60,000 nucleotides of DNA from Callorhinchus milii (lineage: Eukaryota): contig NW_024704742.1 in assembly GCF_018977255.1 (NCBI RefSeq), positions 53,880,001 to 53,940,000 on the forward strand, given 5' to 3'. Made by a program: the position numbers and the translations under genes. The notes under the pieces are model-generated. The model saw only the letters and a list, made by a program, of their open reading frames with translations, searched no databases and was not told where the DNA came from. Positions 1 through 11,005 of this stretch are shown one piece after another; position 1 is the first letter of the stretch; each line of letters starts with the position of its first letter.

Positions 1-368
1 AAACCCTCCACTCCTCTGCACCACCCCCTATCTCTCTGACCTCCTCTCCCCTCAAAACAGTGCCCGTTGCCTTCGCTCCACTGGGTCTGGCCTCCTCCTC
101 GTCCCCTGAATCTTCCGCTCCACCACCGGCGGACGTGCCTTCAGGCACTACACCACAAGGCTCTGGAACTCCCTTCCTCACTCCCTTCGCCTCGCCCCCT
201 CTCTTCCTATTTTCAGGTCTCGGCTGAAGACCTTTCTGTTCAACTGCGCATTTGGTGATCTTCCTCCCCTTCTCCCTGGCTCAGCCCCGGGATCCGTTAC
301 TGTGAAGCGAACTGAGATGCCGTCCAGCGTGGAGGGTGCTATATAAATCCAAGTTGTTATTGTTGTTG
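1..368 (+). mobile_element. L2-clade LINE 3' end, family A (cut by window start)
   Basis: C-rich ORF2 C-terminus and 3'UTR ending ...GGAGGGTGCTATATAAATCCAAGTTGTTATTGTTGTTG with (TTG)n tail; closely matches 27307-27668. Confidence 0.9.
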
Positions 369-2659
369 AAGTGAATAAAGACAAAATGCATGCCAGATGG
401 TCTTTCTTTGCTAAAGTTTGTGTCCAATAAAGTCAAGGAATAATAAGGTCCTTAAAAAGGCAAGAGAATGCTATTGTGATTGAAAATGTTATCCAAGAAA
501 CAGAAATCAGTACTCCAATAGCAACTTCTGTTGCAGAAGAGCAAATCTCCAGATTCACAGAAAATCAAGCAAAGTGAGGAGAGGGAACCGAGTGGGGAAA
601 TAAATTGCAAAGGTCATTTTGCAACAGGCAGTTTTCTTTCCAAACTTTATTGGGGAATTCAGATCTTTTCTCAGTCAGGGAAAGGCTTAAAAGCAAACCG
701 TTGGCTGTAATTCTTGCTTCCAGTTTACGATTGCAGCCAGCAATGGGCTGTTTTGTCAGTTGAGGAAAAGGTCGAAACAATTAACAAAAGTCCATCAGCT
801 AAACACGAGCCGCAAAACAAAATTCACCAGTCTTCGGGACCACAATTGTTTCCAATTTGTTTATCGTGTCGTCAGTGGTAAATCCAAAATTTATGTCACT
901 ATTAGCACAATGACTTCTGTATTGCAAACATCACATTTTAACCCCATTGCTTTCAGTGTGAAAAGATTCAGAGTTTGCTTCCCAAATCCATGCTAGTTTA
1001 TATAAAAGAATACACTGAATTTAACAGGAAGTGAATGCTGCAAAATGCAGCATTTCAGACTACAGCCAGAATATGGAAGGAGCTTTCACAATAATCTAGT
1101 CTCTATCCCATGACACTATTCTGTACAATGATCCACGAGTCTTATGCTTTGAAACACAGTTATTTATAACCAATTGTGAGCTTTGTACTACAAGGTGAGA
1201 ACATACTTTCATAGAAATATGGGTATCTTAACAATTAATTTTTAATAAATGTGTTTTATACTATTAGTAAAAATGGTATTTAAAAATTGAATATATCAGA
1301 TAAGTTGAACGCAGCATTTAATGATGATGATTCTGCTCAATTCCTTTATATTAGACTTGTTAAAGCTCGTACGATCAAGTATGGATGTGATAAAGAGGCA
1401 GTATTTACATCTGGCTTTAAGGAGATAGTAAAGCAGTACATTAAGTGCTTTTAAAAAGGATGATTTGCATCAAGGAAAAGAGACAATTAAAAATAGTTGG
1501 GTTCTCTAGGACTGGAGGATTTTTAAAAAATGACTAGAATTTCAAATTCCCTTCACCAATAATAATGCTGCTGCACCAATCCAAGTTAATTTCCCCACTC
1601 GCAAAATAATAAAACCACACTTTCATGTGACATCGTGCTTCATCATGTTGAAATGTCTCAAAAGCACTTCACTCAATGAGCTATTTTGGCGTACTCAGCA
1701 ATTTTCAATGCTCCGTGTGCAGAAGTGCACAACCTCCCGACCCCACCTCGACAGTGAACGCCATGCAAGTTTCCTTAATTATCAGACTGCCAGTTATTCC
1801 TCACAGTGAAAAACAAGGCACTTTCTTCTTGATTTTCTCTTTGGCTGCAGTGTCATTCAATACTGCTCAAGCTGAAACTACCTGAGATTGAGTGTGTGAA
1901 CCAATTCTTCATTTTTTTGTCTTTTTAAACTGGTTTCAGGCAGAGTAAGAAGAGGACTGAATCCCTCATACATAATGTCAAACACAACACCCACAATTTG
2001 AGAGCTTGTGAGGGTGCCAAAATCCCTTGAAAATGACAGCTAATCAGTACCAGCAATTTCCCTCATGTTGCAATGCAAAATGGGGTGAATGAACATTTAA
2101 TCAAAGCAAACAAATGGGACCCCACGTTAAAATCCACCAGAAGAAAAGAGAAATGGGACAGGTTAGAACCATAGAAATTACTGCACATAATGAAGCCATT
2201 TGACCCCTCAAGTCTGCACCTTGCTCTATGGGACATCCTCACAGCATGAAAATAATAATAACAATAATAATCTTGTAATTGGTTTTGCATCCTTTGCATC
2301 AGGAGGTCATCCCAAAGCACTTCACAGGATTTACTGGTGAAGTGGATTGACTGTGTATTTGTGTGCAAATGAAAGGCACTACATAAATGTATTGTATTGC
2401 ACCCTCTCAGAGGATGCTATTCATTCAATCTTACTGCCAAACCCTATCGCCATACCATGTCAACCATTAACGTACTTGTCTACTTCTCTTTTAAAACCCA
2501 CAATGAACTCTACTTTACCAGCTTACTTGGCATATCATTCAATATCCCAACAAATATGTATGTGCAAAAAATATTATCCTTCGCTCTCCTGTGTCTATTT
2601 TATAATTTGTTCTCTAATCACCGACTCCCCTACCAGCTAAAATAGTTTTACCTTAAGGA

Positions 2660-2784
2660 CAGCAGCATCCAGTACCGCACTGGAGTATCAGCATAAAATA
2701 TGAGCTCAAATCCCAACATGGGGTTTCAACTCACAACCTGCTGAACCAGAGGCGAGAGTGCTACCAACTGAGCCAAAGTGATAC
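2660..2784 (-). mobile_element. Deu-domain SINE, 5' head fragment
   Basis: Minus strand reads GGCTCAGTTGGTAGCACTCTCGCCTCTGGTTCAGCAGGTTGTGAGTTGAAACCC, a tRNA-like A/B-box head matching the copies at 12831 and 15037. Confidence 0.7.
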
Positions 2785-5155
2785 CTTAAGTAGAAATGCC
2801 CCACTGTTTAAATTACTGTACGATTCTATTTTCAGTCTTGCTCACAGCGCGTTTGCCTGGCCAGTGATTTTACAGCAAGGAACAGAGGCACTGAATAGAA
2901 AGCTCACCAGAGATGCAGCAACATGGATCAACTGCAAGCACATTTGGTAATAAGGAGTTTTTCAGCTGAACCAGAGGAGAAACTTCATCCATTTGTGTGA
3001 TTTATTTTTCCACTTTACTTCACCATAAAAGGGACTGAGATTACAAGCACATCATAAGTTATATGGTGTACATACAGATTTTTGTCATGTACAATAAAAT
3101 TCAGTTGTGACCTTCTGCACACCTGAAGCTCCAGTGGTAACTTTATTTAATTAATCCTTTCATTGTGCTAACTAAGTTCTGATCTCAGGATGGTTGGTTC
3201 TAGCCATCTTCGGTTATTTTTTCTTTCAGCAGTTCATGTAAAATTTGGATTACCTTCTGCTACAATATTTATGAACAGGTTCAGTGCCATTAACATCAAC
3301 AAGAACTTGCATTTAAAGAATGCCTTTCACGTTGAATATCTCAGAGTGTTTCACAAGAAAACGTAACATGTTTGTGAATCGTTATTGGTTCAACTAAAGA
3401 AGATGGGAAACTGAATGGTAAAGCATATCAAATATAAGCATATATAAGGAGGAGAGTTTTGTTCAAATCTGATGAAAAGCTCATACCAAGTTGATCCAGA
3501 TGATCTAATTCTGTGCTGTAGCATTTACGTAACTCTATACAATTCTATCTATGCTTTAAAATAATTCCCTTTGCCTCTGTGAATGGTCCACACATTGTGA
3601 CGGTCTCTCAGATTCCAGTCAATACCAGTAGTGATCATTTCGTTATTTGTTTATAATGGGATCTCACATTAGGAATACAGTACAATGAGTTGGCCATTTA
3701 GCCTGTTGAGACTGCTCTACCTTTACATCTAAGGTCATCTCAATTCTATTTCCTCACCTTTTCTCCATATACTTTAATGCTCTACTCACCAAGCATCTAT
3801 CTCTTTTTTGAACACTTCAATCAACTTTCTATTTATGGGTTTCTAAGATAATATATTCTCATGTAAAGGTTTTTTCATGCCCTCTCCTTCCACCGGCTTA
3901 GCTTTTATATCAAAGTTATCTCCTGAACTCGAATGAAAATAACCACAGCTTACTTTTCTTTTTCAATGTATAAAATTCTTAATTCATGAAGAGGTAGGGG
4001 CTTGTTCACAAAGCAATAGGAACATGATCCGAACGACTCCCACACCCTAGAACTCAGCTAGCCAAATGGCCTGCATAATCTTCTTATTTCTTCCTTAGTG
4101 GCCATGTATTAGGTGATTTTTTTTTGCTGTAGATGAGAGCCGAGGTAGCTTAGCAAGAAAAAATACAGTTGTCATTTATAACAATTGATATTTTCCTTCA
4201 CAGTTACTATGGTTAGGACTCTTAATTCAGGACATAGTTTCCCGTTGCCAAGCAAGACTGGAAGACCACAGGCTGAGCATGTTAATTGTAACAGTGCAAC
4301 TCCAAGCATATAACGTTTGTAAACCAATAATGTATTTTAACTAACAAAATGTACACACACCCAAAATGTATACAATGGTATATTATGTCTCCAGCACAGC
4401 TAGATGGAGCTCCAGCTCAAGAACTTGTGCTTGTAGAATTGTGCATTCCATTCGTGCAAGGTCGGTGCAGCGACAAAGGGAATCCTATGGCGCTCCGGGA
4501 CTCTGCCCCACTTGAAGGGCACTTTATAAATGCAAATTCTGTTGTTGTAGAAACATTACCAAACCATGAAATACGTGGAAACACAGAATACAGATTGAAC
4601 TACTGCTGACAAAATTTGAACTGAAAATCAAATTTAATAGGAACAACAAAAAACTTATTGCACACTTTTTACATGTAATTTTTCTTCACCCCATTCAAAT
4701 ATTATTACTTCCAATAAAACAATGTGGTTCTCAATGTAATTTCACAAGCTCGCTGGGAATGAAAACATAGAAAATAAAACAAAAGCTATTTCCTCCAACC
4801 TTTGCCATTCCCTAATGAATTATAGTAGAAATCAAAGAATACTCTAGAGAGGACGCTCTGAGCCAGTCAGATACGGATGCACACAGAAACTACAACACAG
4901 GAAGAAACACAGGTGAGGGAAAACCCAGAACAACAACAGCAACACAACAGCAAATGTCTACAGGTATCTGGGATCGTATGTGGTGCCTGCCACCCCTCTT
5001 ACTGAACTGTTCGCTCGCAATCCAAATGCAAGGATTATTATTATTATTTTATTTAATCCTTTCCCCTACCCTAACCAGTAACTAACATGGGGCCAGCCAT
5101 GTGGTTTGGACCTCTTGCTGCCTGGCCTGTGTTAGAACATATGTAATGAAACGCT

Positions 5156-5389
5156 TTAAGGCAGGGCCGCATAAAATTCTATCTTACGCGTGGTGGATTC
5201 GCTCTCTTTCTCCTCTAAGGCTCGCTTCAACCGAATCAATTCCTGCTCCTTCTCTTCTAACAGAACTTTCTCCATTGCATGCCTGTCTGACTCTCTCTCT
5301 GAGCAGCCTTTGGCCTGCACTTTTGCATAGTTCTTTCTCATACTTCTTTTGAATACTTCTCTCATGTTCATCTCTTTGGATTTATCCAT
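5156..5389 (-). pseudogene. Truncated gag-like N-terminal ORF
   Basis: MDKSKEMNMREVFKRSMRK...MEKVLLEEKEQELIRLKRALEEKE...FYAALP; E/K-rich and coiled-coil-like, at the position expected for gag downstream of PBS and leader. No diagnostic capsid motif seen. Confidence 0.45.
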
Positions 5390-5982
5390 TTTAACCAAAC
5401 ACAACCGAAAAATTCCCCCTGAGTTTTTATCTTTTGATTCAAAAAACTGCCAGAGTTTTTATTATCTCTGACTCCCTGAGTCTTCTATTTCATAAGTCTC
5501 CCTGGATTTACGCTTGTAAAACCTCCCCGAGTTTTACTTTTTATCCTGACTTTTTCTTGAGTTCTCTTGTAGGTCTCCCCGAGCCTACATTTAAATTCAA
5601 ACTCCTTGAGTTTGTCTCACGTGGTTCCCCAAACCAATACTTCAGCCAAGACTCCCTGAATCTTATTGAATAATACAAAAACTTATCCTCACGACTCCGC
5701 GAGTCGACACTTCAATATGACGGCCCGAAAACTTCACCGAGTTTTCTCTGGTGGTTCCCTGAACCAGCACTCCAATCAATACTCCCTGAGTCTTATTGAA
5801 TAACACAAAAACTTTGCAGTTTTTTTTCTCATGACTTCCTGAGTCATTGTCTATTTTTTCTGTTGGCCCCCAGCCTTTCTTAGTTACTGATGACAAAAAA
5901 TCTCTGTCACTTGTCAGGTCATTATTTGAATGTCGGGATCGGAAATCCCAACAAATTATTTGTTGGGATCTCAACTCCCAGT

Positions 5983-6000
5983 GTTCGAGTCAAAAGACCA
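5983..6000 (-). promoter_or_regulatory. Primer-binding site, tRNA-Tyr-like (degenerate)
   Basis: TGGTCTTTTGACTCGAAC versus TGGTCCTTCGAGCCGGAA (complement of the vertebrate tRNA-Tyr 3' end): 12/18 matches, mismatches mostly transitions. Confidence 0.55.
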
Positions 6001-6390
6001 GACAATAAAGTTTTGTGGCTAACTCAGTTTATTCAAATATAAGCACAGCAAGAATAAGTAAAACTTATACTACCCGGTTCTGGAGCAGTCAGCGTGCTTT
6101 GGCCCTCCACTTCTGTGAGCCTGGTTCCCTGCCGATTCTGCTGCTTTATGTCAACAACCTTTCAACTTTATATCTTTTGTTAGGTTATTAAAGACCTGTT
6201 TGTTGAACAAACTGTCCAGCGCCTTGGGAAGTCCCCCCGACAGGAAAAGATCGATACAAATGTAATTTTGTTGTTGTTGTTTGAGCGTCGGATTCCCCCT
6301 CAATTTTTATTCCTCCATGTTTCTTCCTGTCCTATTCCTTTCCTAAGAATGTGCATCTAATTTTTCTTTCTTTAGGGATACAGTTCTACA
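6001..6390 (-). repeat. 5' LTR, interrupted in U3 by an L2 tail
   Basis: TG start, TATA box and poly(A) signal in canonical LTR order, directly abutting the PBS; the 3' end reads TGTC rather than a perfect CA. Confidence 0.6.
6211..6282 (+). mobile_element. L2 family B 3' tail inserted in the LTR
   Basis: ACTGTCCAGCGCCTTGGGAAGTCCCCCCGACAGGAAAAG...TACAAATGTAATTTTGTTGTTGTTG matches the family B tail. Confidence 0.85.
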
Positions 6391-6777
6391 GATGTCGCAG
6401 TACTGCATCCATATGGTGAGAGGTTTAAATGAAGGCCTTTTTGGTCCACTTTAACTCACACCAAATCGTACTCGAGTCCCATTTGCTTCACTGAATGGTT
6501 TGAGTGACTTGATGCATCTCTTTGCATCAAGTATTGTGACCATTCTCACCCCTTGATGTACGTGCAAATTTTATTAACCCTTTCGTACTAAGTGGTCTCT
6601 GTTTCTCTTCTACCCCTGTCTGTGTGAGTCCCTATTTCAAAGGTGACTCAACCAAATCAGAGTCACACGCAGACAGGAATTCCCAGTTAACCCCATTTTC
6701 CGGTAACTAGAATGTCTAATCGCACTAGTAGACCACCGATATTGACAACTATCCTCCAAAGTTCTTATTCCTTTTCT

Positions 6778-7331
6778 TGTCTAGAATACTACAGAGACTC
6801 AAGGATACATTTGGTAGAAACAACGGCTCTTTATTAAAACCTAGCAACCCTCAGCTACCTTGATTACAAGGAACACAACAATGAAAGATGTACAACAATG
6901 GGATCAAACATAACTATCACACATAACTATAACAACTGGCAGCACAATACTACATTAGTAAAGAGATATTAAACCAATCTGACTATACAGTAGTCCTGTA
7001 CATGTCAATATGTACCAGATGACGACCATTAGTTAGCGACCATGATAGGCATGTGGCTCTGGCCACCGTATGATATGAATGCGAGGGTGTTTTCCCATGC
7101 TAGGGCCCACATGTTATTTTAATCTGCAGGCTGTTTGTTAACTGACTGTCAATCAAGCAGCTCTGGATCTATACGATAAAGTAAGCCAGTTGCAAAGTCA
7201 CGTAGTTAACTCTGAGCTACAAGCAGCTTCTGCAACTCGGAATCTTACATAACCCATTTAAAGAGGCAGACCTCCCCATTTCCCTTAAATAATATTATAT
7301 AGTTATATATATATATTATTTACACATTACA
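6778..7331 (-). mobile_element. Possible solo LTR (Gypsy-like)
   Basis: TGT...ACA termini, AATAAA about 50 nt before the minus-strand end (plus-strand TTTATT at about 6830), LTR-like size. No TSD found. Confidence 0.35.
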
Positions 7332-9521
7332 AAAGACTGCAAGAATAGTGACAGTATACGTAAGAGACATAAAAGTCCAATTAGATAGTATATCAACTAA
7401 TCCGGTGTCCTCTGGAATCAAAGCTCCCCTAGGCTTACAAAACTGAAGTTTACACTTTGATAATAACAATGCATTTGATATATCACCTTTTACGCTGGGA
7501 GACATTTCACAGGAAAACAGTATTTGTAGACGAATGTGGCAGCCAATTTGCAGACAGCAAACCCCTACAGCAGATTATTGGCAAGATTTACAGGGGATTT
7601 AATTGTCTGAAGCACTTCCCTGTAAAATTAACCTCATTAATGAATGAAAATGAATCAGTGCCTCAAACATCTGCTCACCAAAAGGACAAGGACATTCTTT
7701 TAATCGCATAGCACTTGAGAATATTTATTTCCTCTGCCATACTGTGACAGTAAGAGTTAATATGTCTTGTGACTTGTGAATAGTCTGCTTGGTGATTTAC
7801 AATACAAAATAGTCCACTTATAATAAAAGTAAGCCAGTTATCCTTCAGAAATCTGTAATGTTTGATAAAATTGCTAAACAGAAAATATTTACAACCGTAC
7901 CTTCCCTGATTTAGGACATTGAAATTTATAATTGATGTCAATACTTTAGATCTCAGCAGCCAATACCCATTACAGAAACATCAACATAATTAAAGAAAAA
8001 ACACATCTGTTGTCTTCTAATGGTTTTCTGATAACCCAAGGAAAGCTGACATGGGGTGATTATGGAAAATCCAGGTTGCAGATTTAGTTTACTCTCCCTA
8101 AATGATCATTAGTTGATTATGGAGCATAGCAAAAGCCTCTAGAGCAAAGAAACAGCTAAAACCTCATTCTATCCCCATTTGATTAATTAAAGGAAGACAA
8201 AGTGATGGCAATTACATATGGCCTAAGATTTGAGGGAGTTAACAAGCACAGCAAAGGGAATACAAATGTGTCAAAAGACAATGAAAAAAAAGAGCTGCGA
8301 GATGAAATTCCCATGTTCTTAATCTTAAAATTTAGGATCGTAGAGAAATTTGGAAGTTTCATGAACTTCAGTCTTAATTTGTTAGATGTATTTCCACAGG
8401 TTTTTTTCCCTTTTGTTAAGCCTTTTAAGGTAATTAAGTCAAAACTCAATTTAACATTGTGCAAAGGAAAACTGTAAGACAATGGTATTAAAGCTAAGAC
8501 CGTATGACACTTTAAGTGCTTTGACTCGGCTTGTGTCCTACAATGGTTGAAGAGATGTAACTGACCCACTTTCCTGATGGTGAAATAAATACTTAAATAG
8601 CACTGAGCTGCTTTGAGTCAACAAAGTTTTAATTAGTCCTTTGTTTCATATTCATTGATCATTGGTTTTATTCAATGACTTTTAATATTTTTACATCCCA
8701 ATACTTGACATGCTGTCCTGCTTTGTTGCATATGACTCCTCTATTTTTATGAAGGTTGAATCCTCAGATGAGATATTGATTGACGTTCTCTGGACAAACC
8801 TCCAAGCTCATTCTGTAATAGCCTTTGTGTAAACAAGCCAAGTACTGTACTCCTTCACACTGTTTCTATGAAGCAGACATCAATCTTTGTCAGTAGACAA
8901 GTGACATACCACACACTGAATGGACTCTCCAATCCCTTTCAAACCTTACTGTGACAAGCTGCCACATCAACTTATCTGAAACTGTTGAAATGCGAGTGGA
9001 TTTGAGGTTGTAATTTTAGAAAGTAGCCAATGAGCTTCCACTTGATCACTTCTCATCTTTTGCATGTGAGCTGTCCAAGCTCAGTTTGATGTTCATGGAC
9101 AGAGGTGACATTACTTTTTTCTTCTCTGTACAACTATTCTTCAGTCAATGGTGCAGCCTCTTTTTAATCTTTATCTGGGATGTGCATACAAAGCATGTAA
9201 CAGCATGGAGACACAACAAGCATTGGCAAGCGCCAATGAACTGTGATATTTGGAGTGATAACATATGGGGGAGTTTAGCTGTAATTTCCCACGTGGCCTC
9301 AAAAGGCAGTGGTAAAGAGTGACCACTTACTATCCCGAAGTGAGACAGATAAATATCTCCTGGCTGTTCGCATCTGCCTCCTGGTTGCTATTATTGACAA
9401 ATGCCTGGGAATAATCAGCTCTCTCAATATGTGATATTTTGTACTGTGAACAGTAAAGGTAAAATTAAGAAAATAACCACAATAAATTCTGGCGAGAGGG
9501 TGTTTAATTTGGGTGGGGAAA

Positions 9522-10150
9522 CTGTCTCAGCTAGTAGCACTCTTGCCTCTATGTTAGAAGGTAGCAGAACTTAAGATCCCAGACCAGTGAAGACCAACCT
9601 TTGGTCCACGGGCCAGAAGTGGCCCACGGGGCTATCAAGAAGCTTCACCACCACACACACCCCTCCCCCCACCCTGAACATTCACACAACTCTAGGAAAG
9701 TCTATCTTCAATCACTAGTCTTTTCAATGTTTTCTTGATTGAATATTTCTTGATTCACGGCATTAATCAAGACATTTTCATTCAAGAGAATGTGTTTGGT
9801 TGACCAACCAAAAAGGGTGGCCACAACTGTCCTAGATTATTCTGACTCCTAGTATGGCGCTGGAGAGTACTGCATTATCGTTGACTTAGTCTTTCTGTTC
9901 GGGTAAATGGTAAAAATCCCATCACACTATTCCCAGAAAAGGGAATTGCTTCCCAAAAAGGGAATTGCTACACAAAAATTCACCATATGCGTTGGTGTTT
10001 GTTTCATGATTGTTTGTGGGATCCTGCTGTGAATAGAATGGCAGTCGTGTTTGCCTAAACAGTGGTCATTTACACTTGATAGTAATTATCTATAAATGCT
10101 TTGAGATGTTTTGACAAGACAAATCACGATAATTATGCAAGGCCTTCTCT
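9522..10150 (+). mobile_element. Deu-domain SINE interrupted by a MITE
   Basis: Head CTCAGCTAGTAGCACTCTTGCCTCT at about 9525; body resumes after 9830 (AAAAATCCCATCACACTATT, TGTTTGTGGGATCCTGCTGTG) through to the tail. Confidence 0.7.
9585..9829. mobile_element. Non-autonomous hAT (Charlie-type) MITE
   Basis: TIRs CAGTGAAGACCAACCTTT / AAAGGGTGGCCACAACTG; imperfect 8-bp TSD TCCCAGAC/TCCTAGAT; second copy at 26597-27761. Confidence 0.8.
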
Positions 10151-10340
10151 TTTAGCCAGTATCTTGTAACAGTGGTTGGCAAACATTTGTTTTAAAAAAG
10201 AGCTGTTACTTCTGAAATACACAGTTTAAAATACATTTTAAGCAGAAAAGAAAACAGTGAAGCAAACTATAATAGTAGCGTTCAAAAGACTTAGAATAGG
10301 TGGGGTGAACTATATTATTTAAGTAAAATTAACACTCAAT

Positions 10341-10678
10341 TAATAATAATAATTATAATATAATAACAATATAATAATCCTTGCATTTGATATAGCGCTT
10401 TTCACGTCTTCTCGACATCTCAAAGCGCTTCACAGAATATGCTGTAAAGTGAATTGACTGTATATTTGTGGGCGAAACGCGGCAGCCAATTGCACACAGC
10501 AGTGTCCCACAAATAGTTGTGGATTGAAAATGACCAATTTATTATTGTTTTGTTTTGGAGGGATTATTATTAGGCGTGTGGAGTAAGGAAACTTGCCCAA
10601 GGTTACGCCCTGCCTGGAATTGAACCCAGGTGTCTCGCTTGCAAGGCGAGTGCTCTAACCACTGAGCTACAGGACTCC
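10341..10678 (-). mobile_element. tRNA-Ala(TGC)-derived SINE, full length, short form
   Basis: Head GGAGTCCTGTAGCTCAGTGGTTAGAGCACTCGCCTTGCAAGCGAGACACCTGGGTTCAATTCC (A box, anticodon arm CTCGC-CTTGCAA-GCGAG, B box); tail AAGCGCTATATCAAATGCAAGGA(TTA)n. Confidence 0.92.
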
Positions 10679-10770
10679 ATAATTAATAGAAATTAGTTGC
10701 ATGGATTTGGAAAATAAAAAATTAGAAAAGACTCAGATTTGATAGGGTGAATGGTGTTTAAATTGCAGGT

Positions 10771-11005
10771 GAAACCTTGGGCAAGTTTCCTTACTCCACA
10801 CGCCTGATAATAAACCCTAAAAAAAAAAAAAAAATTGATCATTTCAATCCATGACTGTTTATGGGACACTGCTGTGTGCAATTGGCTGCCGCATTTCGCC
10901 CACAAATATACAGTCAATTCACTTTACAGTCTATTCTGTGAAGCGCTTTGAGACGTCTAGAAGATGTGAAAAGCGCTATATCAAATGCAAGGATTATTAT
11001 TATTA
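10771..11005 (+). mobile_element. tRNA-Ala SINE, 5'-truncated
   Basis: Starts at GAAACCTTGGGCAAGTTTCCTTACTCCACACGCCT and ends GGATTATTATTATTA; reverse-complement match to the neighbouring copy. Confidence 0.92.

Larger units (their letters stand above)
5050..6390 (-). mobile_element. 5' portion of an LTR retroelement / endogenous retrovirus (LTR, PBS, leader, gag-like start)
   Basis: On minus, in order: TGTAGAAC start at 6390, TATAAA at about 6170, AATAAA at about 6030, PBS-like TGGTCTTTTGACTCGAAC (6000-5983), a repeat-rich leader, then a charged ORF from the ATG at 5389. Confidence 0.65.

Noticed and set aside
5410..5875. CRISPR-like repeat-spacer array
   Set aside because: Repeats are short, degenerate and irregularly spaced, the context is vertebrate, and there are no cas genes; an LTR-element leader explains them better.
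8183..8569. 128-aa and 91-aa ORFs, and other 60-130 aa ORFs in AT-rich DNA
   Set aside because: No domain-like composition or recognisable motif; several start at non-ATG codons or overlap repeat relics.
10600..10678. tRNA-Ala gene
   Set aside because: The tRNA-like part lacks a proper acceptor stem and runs into SINE body and tail; it is multicopy in the window.
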